Positions 1 to 12,458 of a DNA stretch of 64,000 nt are shown here, in pieces (within the stretch, counting starts at the first letter, position 1; the number at the start of each line of letters is the position of its first letter). A program made the translations under genes and the position numbers. The notes below the pieces were generated by a model. It searched no databases and was not told where the DNA came from. It worked only from the letters and a program-made list of their open reading frames with translations. Origin of the DNA: Octopus vulgaris (lineage: Eukaryota); the NCBI GenBank assembly GCA_951406725.2, contig OX597842.1, forward strand, positions 1,364,001-1,428,000. Direction: 5' to 3'.

Positions 1-1130
1 GAGTCTTAAATCTTTAAATCTTTGAGTCTTAAATCTTTAAATCTTTAAATCTTAAATAAATCTTTAAATCTTTGAGTCTTAAATCTTAAATCTTTGAGTC
101 TTAAAGAGTCTTAAATCTTTATTTGAGCTTAATCTTTAAATCTTTGAGCTTTAAATCTTTAAATCTTTGAGTCTTAAATCTTTAAATCTTTGAGTCTTAA
201 ATCTTTAAATCTTTGAGTCTTAAATCTTTAAATCTTTGAGCTTTAAATCTTTAAATCTTTGAGTCTTAAATCTTTAAATCTTTGAGTCTTAAATCTTTAA
301 ATCTTTGAGTCTTAAATCTTTAAATCTTTAAATCTTAAATCTTTAAATCTTTGAGTCTTAAATCTTTAAATCTTAAATTTTGAGTCTTAAATCTTTAAAT
401 CTTTATCTTAAATCTTAAATCTTTGAGTTTAAATCTTTAAATCTTTCAGTCTTAAATCATTAAATCTTTGAGTCTTAAATCATTAAATCTTTGAGTCTTA
501 AATCTTTAAATCTTTGAGTCTTAAATCTTTAAATCTTTGAGTCTTAAATCTTTAAATCTTTAAATCTTAAATCTTTGAGTCTTAAATCTTTAAATCTTTG
601 AGTCTTAAATCTTTAAATCTTTGAGTCTTAAATCTTTAAATCTTTCAGTCTTAAATCATTAAATCTTTGAGTCTTAAATCATTAAATCTTTGAGTCTTAA
701 ATCATTAAATCTTTGAGTTTTAAATCTTTAAATCTTTGAGTCTTAAATCTTTAAATCTTTAAATCTTAAATCTTTGAGTCTTAAATCTTTAAATCTTTGA
801 GTCTTAAATCTTTAAATCTTTGAGTCTTAAATCTTTAAATCTTTAAATCTTAAATCTTTAAATCTTTGAGTCTTAAATCTTTAAATCTTTCAGTCTTAAA
901 TCATTAACTCTTTGAGTCTTAAATCATTAAATCTTTGAGTCTTAAATCATTAAATCTTTGAGTTTTAAATCTTTAAATCTTTGAGTCTTAAATCTTTAAA
1001 TCTTTAAATCTTAAATCTTTGAGTCTTAAATCTTTCTTAAATCTTTAAATCTTTGAGTCTTAAATCTTTAAATCTTTGAGTCTTAAATCTTTAAATCTTT
1101 AAATCTTAAATCTTTAAATCTTTGAGTCTT
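1..1130. repeat. 23-bp tandem satellite (GAGTCTT-AAATCTTT-AAATCTTT)n, runs off the left window edge
   Basis: Directly visible; 7+8+8 subunit structure with recurrent variants (AAATCATT, CAGTCTT, GAGTTTT). Confidence 0.97.
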
Positions 1131-1369
1131 ACATGTGTCATCCTGGCCTTCGCAAATGCTTTCACGCCACTCCAAACTTTTGATCAGTTCCAATTTAAAC
1201 TTGATTAATCATCAAACCTACAATAAAATCGGCTCTTCCCATGACCATCCTGCCATAATTGGCACAAAGTATATCTGGGAGCGAGTAATCTGATATGTCA
1301 TTTCTTTCTAAAAGACATTGCATATGACTTGAGATATGGCTGCCGTTACAGGTAATTCTATGCACACCT

Positions 1370-2041
1370 GAGATTTGTCATACATATTTGTGTATATATG
1401 TATATATATATGTGCGTATGTGTGCATATGCTTGGTGTATATTCATATATATGTATGTGCATATGTTTGTGTATACATGTGCATGTATGTGTGTGTGTGT
1501 ATATATATATACAGATATGTATGTGTGTGCATATGTATGTATTTGTGCATGTATGTATATATAAATATGTATTTGTGTATGTATGAATACATGAATATGT
1601 ATATATGTGTGGGTGTGCATGCATATGTGTGCACACATGTGTGTGCATATATATATGTATGCACATACATGCACTTATATATATATGTATGCATATAAGC
1701 ACATATATACATATATGTATGCATATACACACACATATATATATATATATACACTTGTGTGAGTTTACACACGTGTGTGCGGAGGTGCATGTGTGTGTGT
1801 GTATGTGTGCACATATGTATATATGTATATGTGTGTGCTTGTGTGTATGCATATAAGCATATATATACATATATGTATGCATATACACACACACACATGT
1901 GAGTGTACACACATATATATGTGTGTTTGTGTGTGTGCATGTGTGTGTGTGCGTGTGTGTGTATGTGTGTGTGTGTGTGTTTGTATGTGTGTGTGTGTTT
2001 GTGTGTGTTTGTATGTGTGCGTGTGTGTGTGTGTTTGTGTA

Positions 2042-2073
<32 letters not shown>

Positions 2074-2090
2074 CATGTGTGTGTGTGTGT
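1370..2090. repeat. Compound (TA)n/(TG)n microsatellite
   Basis: Dinucleotide low complexity; source of the Y/I/H/T/C/V ORFs. Confidence 0.95.
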
Positions 2091-2384
2091 GGTCTACCCA
2101 GAATGATTCATATTTTGCTGCTGGTAAAAGAAGGTTCATTTCAAGAATAACTAATTGGATGAAATCGGCAAATCAGTCGCAGGAGCGTTGGAGAAAATTG
2201 AAGGAAATTTCTCCAAGACCTTCCAACCTTAAACCTGGTTCCAATATGATTACTTAATAATCCAATATTCTCCATGACAGGATCAAACGAGACGGCCTCC
2301 GTGTCATTTGTGGTGCGCTAGAAATAGCAAGAAAAACCCCTCCCCTGAAGTAATATGGTTATATAGCGAACCGTTTTTGTAGTT

Positions 2385-3117
2385 AGGATGGGGATATTAT
2401 TTGATAATGTAGTCCTTGATACACTTAGGCATGAATAAAAGATGGGATGGTTATATCTGGAATAATATATTTCATCTTATGTATGTTGAATCAGGACTGA
2501 ACTGGCCTGGGGCTAAAGAACACTGACAACAAAAACAACTATAGTCACATTCGGTAATGTAGTCCGAGATACATTAGGTTTAAATAAAAGATGGGACAGT
2601 CATGGCTTTGATCGTAGGTTTGACCTCGGGTTAAACAGCAGCAACAACAACAATAGCTACTGATACTAACTATAATACTATACATTAGATAATGTAGTCC
2701 TAGGTACACTATGCCTGAATAAAAGATGGGATGGTCACAGCTGGAACATTTTTGATCATAGGTCGATTGGATTAGGACTGACCTGGGGCTAAGCAACAAC
2801 AACAACCATAACCACTAATACAGACTACAATACTATACATTAGATAATGTAGTCCTAGATACACTATGTCAGAATGTTAGATGGGATGGTCACAGCTGGA
2901 ACATCTTTGATCATAGGTTGACTGGATTAGGACTGGCCTGGGGCTAAACAACAATAACAATTATAGCAAATAATAGTAACTACTATACTATACTTTAAAT
3001 AATGTAGCCCGAGGTACACTTTGCCGGAATAAAGATGGGATGGATAGAGTTACAACACACTTGATCATAGGTCTCTCTGTTGTATCAGGACTGACCTGGG
3101 GCTAAACAACAACAGCA
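2385..3117 (+). repeat. Tandem array of about 5-6 diverged ~120-140 bp units
   Basis: Unit GATAATGTAGTCC..GATACACTATG..GAATAAAAGATGGGATGGTCACAGCTGGAACA..TTTGATCATAGGT..GACCTGGGGCTAAACAACAAC recurs; same unit at 29905-30205 and inverted at 45790-46520. Confidence 0.85.
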
Positions 3118-3118
3118 A

Positions 3119-3530
3119 GTGGAGGCTCAATGGTCCAGTGGTTAGGGCAGCGGATTTGCGGTCGGAGGATTGCGGTTTCGATTCCCGGTCCGGTTGTTGT
3201 ATGTGTTTATGGAGCGTAAACACCTAAAAGCTCCACGAGGCTCCAGCAGGGGGTGCTGGTGACCCCTGTTGTACTCTTTCGCCCCAGCTTTCTCTCATTC
3301 TTTCTTCCTGTTTTTTGTCCCCGACTTCCTACGCAGCCGCTGAGCCTGGATGTGCATTCATCCATCCATCGATGCTCTCGGTGTCAAGGGTTGACCTGCT
3401 TTCTCTTCTGTGGGTCTTATGAATAGCAAAGGACCATGTTTCGGACTTCTCCCACTACAGACAATCCTGAGACGCGATCTTGCAAGCTCTGGGACGAAGA
3501 CCACTTTGCTCAACAAACAAACAGCAACAT
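3119..3530 (+). mobile_element. tRNA-derived SINE (family B)
   Basis: A-box-like TGGTCCAGTGG and B-box-like GGTTTCGATTCC head; body CACCTAAAGCTCCACGAGGCTCC shared with copies at 17007-17390, 63783-64000 and inverted at 35995-36375 and 44595-44805. Confidence 0.8.
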
Positions 3531-3680
3531 CTTTATGTTCTGAATTCAAACCCTGCCAACGTCAAATTTCATCCTTTCAAGGCTATAGTAGAAGACACTT
3601 GCCCAAGGTGTCACACAGTGGACTGAACCCAGAACCATGTGGTTGGTAAGCAAGCTACTTACCACACAGCCACTCCTATG

Positions 3681-3723
<43 letters not shown>

Positions 3724-3896
3724 CATCATGTTAACACAGTGTACACATAATGGTACCTCACTCTGTGAGATGATTTTATGGAACAGTAAATGGTCTAATA
3801 ATAATTGTGTCTAGATTGGACTTTGCCTTTCATCCTTTTGGGGTTGATAAAATTAGGAACAGTTAAACACTGGGGTTGTTATATTAAACTAGACCC

Positions 3897-4290
3897 TTCA
3901 TCATCATCGTTTAGTGTCCGCTTTCCATGCTAGCATGGGTTGGACGGTTCAACCGGGGGTCTGGGAAGCCAGAAGGCTGCACTAGGCCCAGTCTGATCTG
4001 GCAATGTTTGTACGGCTGGATGCCCTTCCTAACGCCAACCACTCCGTGAGTGTACTGGGTGCTTTTTACGTGCCAGACGAGGCTGGCAAACGGCCACGAT
4101 CGGATGGTGCTTTTTACGTGCCACCGGCATGGGGGCCAGGCGAGGCTGGCAATGGCCATGATCGGATGGTGCATTTTACGTGCCACCGGCACGAGGCCAG
4201 TCGGGGCGGCGCTGGCAAAGGCTACATTCGGATGGTTCTCTTACGTACCACCGGCACTGGTATCACAGCTGCAATTTTCATTGATGTTGA
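3897..4290 (-). mobile_element. 5'-truncated copy of the RTE-like LINE 3' UTR ending in (GAT)n
   Basis: Reverse complement of 29270-29612, with internal GGTGCTTTTTACGTGCCA repeats. Other copies: 15360-15630(-), 32177-32680(-), 44230-44481(+), 49583-49875(-), 52370-52603(+), 57735-57972(+). Confidence 0.8.
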
Positions 4291-4829
4291 TCGATTACTA
4301 TTTTGATTCTCCCTTGAAATTGCTGGTCTTGTGGTAAAATTTCAAACCAATATATAGTTAAGTTCCAAGGCAGCAAACTGACTGAATTGTTACAGTACCA
4401 GGCACAATGGTAAACAACATCTTGTCTGTCTTGGCATTCTGAGTTCAAATTCTTCTGAGATCAACTTTGCCTTTCGTCCTTTTGGGGCCGATAAAATAAG
4501 TAGTGGTCGAACACTAGAGGTGATTTAACCAACTTGCCCCTCCCCAAGAATTCCTGGCTTTGTGCCAAAATTTAAAACCACTTATGTTATTATTTACGAT
4601 ATTGTTATAAATCACGTTATTATTGTTTTCATATTAATTTTTTTTAATTAATAATAAATATTATATATTACAAAGCAAAAAAAAACCCAAACAATTTGGC
4701 ACTTTTTTGAAAAATCATAAATTACAAAGAATTTCTGCTAAAGTTCCAATCTAGATATAATTATTATCAAATAGATCATTCACCATTCCATAAGGAAAAA
4801 AACATCTTGCAACTTAACAAATTCCCCTA

Positions 4830-4884
4830 CTATAATAATAATAATACCAATAATAATAACAATAAAAATTAAAATAATAATAAT

Positions 4885-4931
<47 letters not shown>

Positions 4932-4933
4932 TA

Positions 4934-4988
<55 letters not shown>

Positions 4989-4992
4989 TAAC

Positions 4993-5030
<38 letters not shown>

Positions 5031-5275
5031 TAATAATAATAATAATGATAATAATAATAATAATAACAATAACAATAATAACAATAATAATAATAATAAT
5101 GATAATAACAATAATAATAATGATAATAATAATAATAACAACAACAACAACAATAATAACAATAATAATACTAATGATAATAATAATAATAATAATAATA
5201 AAGATGATAATAATTATAATAATAATAATAATAACAATAATAATAATGAGGATGATGATGATGATAATTATAATA
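4830..5275. repeat. (AAT)n-type trinucleotide tract
   Basis: Directly visible; explains the poly-I and poly-L ORFs. Confidence 0.97.
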
Positions 5276-5529
5276 TAAATGAATGAATTAATATATAAAA
5301 TACAAAAAGTAACAAAAATAGCTCGTTTGGTAATTAATTGTCTGAGAACGAATGGAAACAACAACAAACACAAAAACAAAAACAATTAACAGATTTTTAT
5401 CTAAATTACAACAAGTTCATCCACCTAGAATATTTATTGTATTTTATTATTTTTTATTTGTATTTTTGTAGGTACAGTCATAGCTGTCTGGTTAAGAAGT
5501 CCATGTGGCAAACAAGTGGTTCCAGGTTC

Positions 5530-6660
5530 AGTCGATTAGATCAACCCCAGTGTGCAACTGGTACTTAATTTATCGACCCTGAAAGGATGAAAGGCAAAGT
5601 CGACCTCGGCAGAATTTGAACTCAGAATGTAACAGCAGATGAAATACCTATTTGTTTACTACCCACAAGGGGCTAAACACAGAGATGACAAACAACGACA
5701 GATAAACGGATTAAGTCGATTATATCAACCCCAGTGCGTAACTGGTACTTATTTAATTGACCCTGAAAGGATGAAAGGCAAAGTCGACCTCGGCAGAATT
5801 TGAACTCAGAACGTAAAGACAGACGAAATACCTATTTCTTTACTACCCACAAGGGGCTAAACACAAAGAGGAGAAACAAGGACAGACAAACGGATTAAGT
5901 CGATTATATCGACCCTAGTGCGTAACTGGTACTTATTTAATCGACCCTGAAAGGATGAAAGGCAAAGTCGACCTCGGCGGAATTTGAACTCAGAACGTAA
6001 GACAGACGAAATACCGCTAAGCATTTCGCCCGGTGTGCTAACGCTTCTGCCAGCTCACCGCCTAAATGGCTTGAAGAATATTCTTTTCTACTCTAGGCAC
6101 AAGGCTTGAAATTTGTGGGGTGGGGGGGAGCAGTCGATTAGACTGACCCCAGTATGCAACTGGTACTTTTTTATTGATGCCCTGAAAGGATGAAAGGCAA
6201 AGTTGACCTCAGGGGAATTTGAATTCAGAATGTAAAGACAAACAAAATACCTATTTCTTTCCTACCCACAAGAGGCTAAACACAGAGAGGACAAACAAGG
6301 ACAGACAAATGGATTAAGTCGATTATATTGAACCCCAGTGCGTAACTGGTACTTAATTTATCGACCCTGAAAGGATGAAAGGCAAAGTCGACCTTGGCAG
6401 AATTTGAACTCACAACGTAACAGCAGATGAAATACCTATTACTTTACTACCCACAAGGGGCTAAACACAGAGAGGACAAATAAACTGATTAAGTCGATTA
6501 TATCGACCCCAGTGCGTAACTGGTACTTAATTTATTGATCCCGAAAAGATAAACGGCAAAGTCGACTCTGGCAGAATTTGAACTCAGAACGTAACGGCAG
6601 ACGAAATACCGCTAAGCATTTCGCCCAGCGTGCTAACAATTCTGCCAGTTTGCTGGCTTA
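5530..6660 (-). mobile_element. SINE family C, two adjacent copies each with a ~180-bp internal segment iterated about 3 times
   Basis: Repeated GAAAGGATGAAAGGCAAAGTCGACCTCGGCRGAATTTGAACTCAGAA; heads (GGCGAGCTGGCAGAA on minus) near 6060 and 6655. A clean single copy lies at 50085-50318. Confidence 0.8.
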
Positions 6661-6830
6661 TTTACATAGACATATTCAAATAGGAAACATCATAACTTGC
6701 ATTGCTGAATCTGGATTCTGTAGAAAATCTAAAGCTAAATGTAAAAATGAGAATACCACACTGCTAACACAAAAGTAAGGCATTAGTAAATATTTAGTAT
6801 ACTTGGTCATATATAATAGTTGCATAAAAG

Positions 6831-7215
6831 GCACAGGAGCGGCAGTGTGGTAAGTAGCTTGCTTACTAACCACAAGGTTCCAGGTTCAGTCCCACTGCGT
6901 GGCATCTTGAGCAGATGTCTTCTACTATAGCCTCAGGCCAACCAAAGCCTTGTGAGTGGATTTGGTAGATGGAAACTGAAAGAAGCCTGTCGCATATATA
7001 TATATATATATGTATGTGTGTGTATATATTTGTGTGTCTGTGTTCGTCCCCCCAACATTGGGGATGTAAACACACCGATGCTGGTGTGTTTACTTCCCTG
7101 TAAACTAGTGGTTCGGCAAAAGTTACTAGTAGAATAAGTCTTGGGGTTGATTTGCTCGACTAAAGGCGGTGCTCCAGTATGGCCACAGTCAAATGATTGA
7201 AACAAGTAAAAGAGT
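6831..7215 (+). mobile_element. Dominant tRNA-derived SINE (family A) with an internal (TA)n/(TG)n linker
   Basis: Head GGCRCAGGAGTGGCTGTGTGGTAAG..GGTTCAGTCCC, tail AAGGCGGTGCTCCAGCATGGCCRCAGTCAAATGACTGAAACAAGTAAAAGA. Other copies include 8790-9192, 31590-31983, 39332-39792, 41060-41465, 46622-47160 (+) and 30395-30692, 38095-38460, 47838-48422, 59612-59990, 60758-61100, 62268-63282 (-). Confidence 0.88.
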
Positions 7216-9827
7216 AAATGTTGGATATATAATATAATGTAGCAGAGGTTAAATCAAGGTGTTCGCACAACGTATGTTGCGAGACTCTATACGCTACTCT
7301 TTATAAGAGTTTGGCTAGTCCATTCTTCCAATACCCCAGGGGTGTCAATGACTCTCGCCACATGTCCCCCTTTGAGACTGACTTCTGTTAGAAGTTAATT
7401 TTATTATTTTTATTATTTATTTTTCTTTCTTCAGAAATACAATATTGACTTAAAAACCTACAATATACTTAACAGCGTATAATGGTTACAAAACGAAAAT
7501 ATTGTCTTACCAGCAATTAAACATACATTCAAGTTGCAAGTAATGAGCTTAATATGCATATTCATCTATCCAATTATTTTACACCTCTAAAACTAGAAAG
7601 TATTTAAGCAATGTGTTTGTAGATGATGAAAGGACAGTAATACTCGAAATGTGCATGTACAACCATTACATATTTTTACTATGTTTTCTATCTCTCATAG
7701 CATTGTTTACATAGCCATTTATGAAACGTTGTAACTTACATTGTTGGCCTTGAATTCTATAAAATACTTAGGCACCTTCGGCAAGTGTCTTCTACTATAG
7801 CCTCGGACTGACCAAAGCCTTGTGAGTGGATTTGGTAGACGGTAACAGAAAGAAGCCCATCGTATATATGTATATATATGTATGTGTGTGTATATGTTTG
7901 TGTGTCTGCAAAAGAGACTGATAGAATAAGTACTAGGCTTACAACGAATAAGTCCTGGGGATTGATTTGCATGACTAAAGGCGGTGCTCCAGCATTGCCA
8001 CAGTCAAATGACTGAAACAAGTAAAAGAGTAGAAAGAGTGAAAAGAGAATGGTCACAAAACATATTGCTGCCTCACCAGCAATCAAATATGTATGTACAT
8101 ATATATGTATATAAGTATATATATGTATATAAGTATGTATGTACATATGTACATACATACTTACGTACATATATATGTATATATAATTGTTAGATCCAAG
8201 AATTTAGGTGTAGGAAGTTAGCAAACTTTGATCAGTCTGCGGTAGGCATAAAAACACTTCCAGGAACAATAACAGTTTATTAGCACCGAAGGTTGCAGGG
8301 TTTTCGCATATCAAAGTTTGATAAACTGAAAAATATTTTTCCGTAGTTCACAGTTAGCAATTAGGGTTGCTATGAATGGGACTAAATTTCTAAATCCTAT
8401 CTCCGAGTTAACGTGGGATTCTTTTGATATGTTTTCGATTCCGTGCTACGCTTTTCATTACAGTGGAGGAAATACATTAGGAATATAAATATTGATATTA
8501 ATAAGAGCATTATAAATGTAATATATTCATAATGGATTTATATATACATGATGAAAACGTATATGGGATCTCTCAGCCATAATTCTTCAGACAAAGATGC
8601 AAATGTGTGTGTGTATGTGTATATATATATAAATACGCGCACACACACACATATATATAATGTATATAGATAAATACACACACACATATACATATTACAG
8701 ATATACATATATATTTGTATACATATATATGAATACACACATATATATATATATATATACACATATATATATGTATACATATATACACATAGCTTGCTAA
8801 ACAACTACATAGTTCTGGGTTCAGTCCCACTGCGTGGCACCTAGAATAGAAGACAAGTGTCTTCTACTATAGCCTCGAGCCAACCAAAGCCTTGTGAGTG
8901 GATTTGGTAGACGGAAACTGAAAGAAGCCCATCGTATATATATATATATATGTATGTATGTGTGTGTATGTATGTGTGTGTGTATGTGTTTGCGTGTATA
9001 TCCCCCACCCCCACCAACATCACTTGACAACTGATGCTGGTGTGTTTACGTCCTCGTAACTTAGAGGTGCGGCATAAGAGTCTGATAGAATAAGTACTGG
9101 GCTTACAAAGAATAAGTCATGGGGTCGATTTGCTTGACTAAAGGTGGTGCTCCAGCATAGCCACAGTCAAAATGACTGAAACAAATAAAAGAGAATATAT
9201 ATATATATGTATACATATATACAGTATATATATATATATATATGTATACATATACATATATATATATACATATATATACGTATACACACTTCTATATTTA
9301 TAAATATATACACACACATCTATATTTATACATATATTTATATATATGGCATACACATCTATCTATATATATGTGTGTGTGTATGTGTGTGCATGGCATC
9401 TTGAGCAAGTTTCTTCCACTATAGCAACAGGCTAACAGGTGTCTTATGCGTAGATTTGGTAGATGGAAACTGAAAGAAGCCCGTCGTATATCTACTGGTG
9501 TGTTTGTGTATGTGTGTGTGTGTGTAAGTATGTCTTCCACCACCCTTGTTGGTTTATTTACATCCTCATAAGCTAGGAGTTTGTAAAACCAGATCAAGAG
9601 AATAAGTACACGATGTTTAAAAAGGCAAAAAAAAAATGGTTCAACTAAACCATTTCGAGGCAGTGCTGCAGCATGGCCACAGCCCCAAAACAAGTAAAGG
9701 ATAAAATAAGATAATCCAGAGACAGAAAGAAGCCTTTAAGGACCACTAGTGGAAATATGACCCTAAACTCAGACCCTATTTTTGCCTGCTTCTCCTACCA
9801 ATTGGGAGGTACTTAACCTTTTTCTTT

Positions 9828-10620
9828 CAATTCTTCTTCTTCTTCTTCCAAATTTTATTGTTATTATATGGTTTTTTTTTTGTTTCCCTCAAATTCTTCT
9901 TTTATTTCATTCAATTATTCTTTTTCTTTGCTTTTTTCTTCCAATTCTTCATCCTCTCCCTTCTTTCTCCAATTCTTCTTCCATTCAACTTTCTTCTAAT
10001 TCCTCTTCTCCTTCTTTCACTTCTTCTTTCAAATTCTTTTTCTTTTTCAAATTCTTCTTCTTCTTTCGATTCTTAGTCTTCCCCTCCTCTCCTTCTTCTC
10101 CTTATTTTTTCTTTTTCCTCCACTACCTCTTCTACTTCTTATTCCCCTTCTTCTTCTTCTTCTTCTTCTTCCAATTCTTTTTCTCCTTCTTCTTCTTCCA
10201 ATTCTTTTTCTCCTTCTTCTTCTTCTTCCAATTCTTCTTCCCCTCCTCCTCCTTCTTCTCCCTATTTTTTCTTTTTCCTCCACTACCTCATATTCTCCTT
10301 CTTCTTCCAATTCTTCCTCTTCTACTTCTTATTCCCCTTCTTCTTCTTCTTCTTCTTCTTCTTCTTCTTCTTCTTCTTCTTCCAATTCTTTTTCTCCTTC
10401 TTCTTCTTCTTCTTCCAATTCTTCTTCCCCCTCTTTCAATTCTTCTTTTTCTTCTTCTTCCCCCTCTTTCAATTCTTCTTCTTCTTCTTCCCTTTCCTAT
10501 TATTTTTCTTTTTCTTCTTCTACTTCTTATTCCCTTCCTTTTTCTTCTACTACTTCTTCTTCCTCTTCTTCTCCAATACTCCCCTCTCCCCTCATCCACT
10601 TTCCCCCTCCTCCACCCAAT
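9828..10620. repeat. Polypyrimidine (CTT)n-rich tract punctuated by CCAATT
   Basis: Directly visible; a tract of the same type in opposite polarity lies at 45090-45500. Confidence 0.93.
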
Positions 10621-11168
10621 TCCCATTTTCGCTAATTAATCGTCTCAGAACAAAACAGCAATAGCAAAACCAATTAACAGATTTCCCCATAATTACAACA
10701 AGTGCAGCCAACCACAATTTTTTCTTTAAATATTTATTTACATCACATCATTTCATATCCTTCCTTTTATTTAAGCATTAGTAATACATGCCATACAAAC
10801 GCTGTTCTCCTTATTTTACGACATTATTATATATACATAACTTAACTTCCAAGAACTGCTGAGCAGGAGTTTTTGTGGAAAACATAATTTATGTGTTTCC
10901 ATATCTTCTTCTTGTTGTTCATATTGTTATTTATTTCTGGGATAATTCATTTAATTGTTTATCTTTTGCTTTGCCTTGTAATTTGGTATTTTAGCGGTTG
11001 AAAGAAATAAAGAATGGAATCTTGCTAAAATGGCAACAACTAAAGATAAATGTATGGCTAGCTATGGTTATGTTTGTGTGCATGTGTATATATGTGTACA
11101 TATATATGTGTGTGTGTGTGTGTACATATGTACACCCGTACATATATACATATGTATATAGATAAATG

Positions 11169-11207
<39 letters not shown>

Positions 11208-11216
11208 ATATATATA

Positions 11217-11800
11217 GGTGCAGTAATGACCGTGTGGTAAGTAGCTTGCTTACCAACCACATGGTTCTTGGTTCAGTCCCACTGTGTGGCATCTTGGGCA
11301 AGTGTCTTCTGCTATAGCCATGGGCCGACCAAAGCCTTGTGAGTGGGTTTGGTAGACGGAAACTGAAAGAAGCCTGTCGTATATATGTATATATATATAT
11401 ATGTATATATATATATGGGTGCAGGAGTGGCTGTGTGGTAAGTAGCTTGCTTACCAACCACATGGTTCCGGGTTCAGTCCCACTGCGTGGCATCTTGGGC
11501 AAGTGTCTTCTGCTATAGCCCCGGGCCGATCAATGCCTTGTGAGTGGATTTGGTAGACGGAAACTGAAAGAAGCCCGTCGTATATATGTATGTGTGTGTG
11601 TTTGTGTGCCTGTGTTTGTCCCCCTAGCATTGCTTGACAACTGATGCTGGTGTGTTTACGTCCCCGTAATTTAGCGGTTCGGCAAAAGAGATCGATAGAA
11701 TATGTACTAGGCTTACAAAGAATAAGTCTTGGGGGCGATTGCTCGACTAAAGGTGGTGCTCCAGCATGGCCGCAGTCAATTGACTGAAACAAGTAAAAGA
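11217..11800 (+). mobile_element. Family A SINE with duplicated head (left arm of an inverted pair)
   Basis: Two heads in tandem (11217 and ~11418) followed by one tail. Confidence 0.85.
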
Positions 11801-11869
11801 GTATATGTGTACACACACATACATATATATATGTGTGCATGTGTACATACGTATGGGTGTACATATACT

Positions 11870-12048
11870 CTTTACCCTTGACTGTGGCAATGCTGGAGCA
11901 CCGCCTTTAGCCAAACAAATCGACCCTAGGACTTATCCTTTGTAAGCCTAGTACTTATTCTATCAGTCTCTTTTGCCGAACCGCTAAGTGACGGGGACGT
12001 AAACACACCAGCATCGGTTGTCAAGCAATGTTGGGGGGACAAACACAG

Positions 12049-12082
<34 letters not shown>

Positions 12083-12253
12083 ATATATACGACAGGCTTC
12101 TTTCAGTTTTCATCTTCCAAATCCACTCACAAGGCATTGGTCAGCCCGGGGCTATAGCAGAAGACACTTGCCTAAGATTCCACACAGTGGGACTGAACCC
12201 AGAACCATGTGGTTGGTAAGCAAGCTACTTACCACACAGCCACTCCTGCACCC

Positions 12254-12286
<33 letters not shown>

Positions 12287-12458
12287 CATATATACGACAG
12301 GCTTCTTTCAGTTTCCGTCTACCAAACCCACTCACAAGGCTTTGGTCGGCCCATGGCTATAGCAGAAGACACTTGCCCAAGATGCCACACAGTGGGACTG
12401 AACCAAGAACCATGTGGTTGGTAAGCAAGCTACTTACCACACAGCCACTCCTGCGCCT
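11870..12458 (-). mobile_element. Family A SINE with duplicated head (right arm of an inverted pair)
   Basis: Reverse complement of 11217-11800, including private variants. Confidence 0.85.

Noticed and set aside
1-1130. CRISPR array or telomeric repeat
   Set aside because: No unique spacers, eukaryotic context, and not TTAGGG-like.
2090-2260. Possible exon in unique sequence
   Set aside because: All minus frames are interrupted; the plus ORF lacks an acceptor and any recognisable similarity.
3119-3195. Functional tRNA gene
   Set aside because: No closing acceptor stem; continues into a SINE body found many times in the window.
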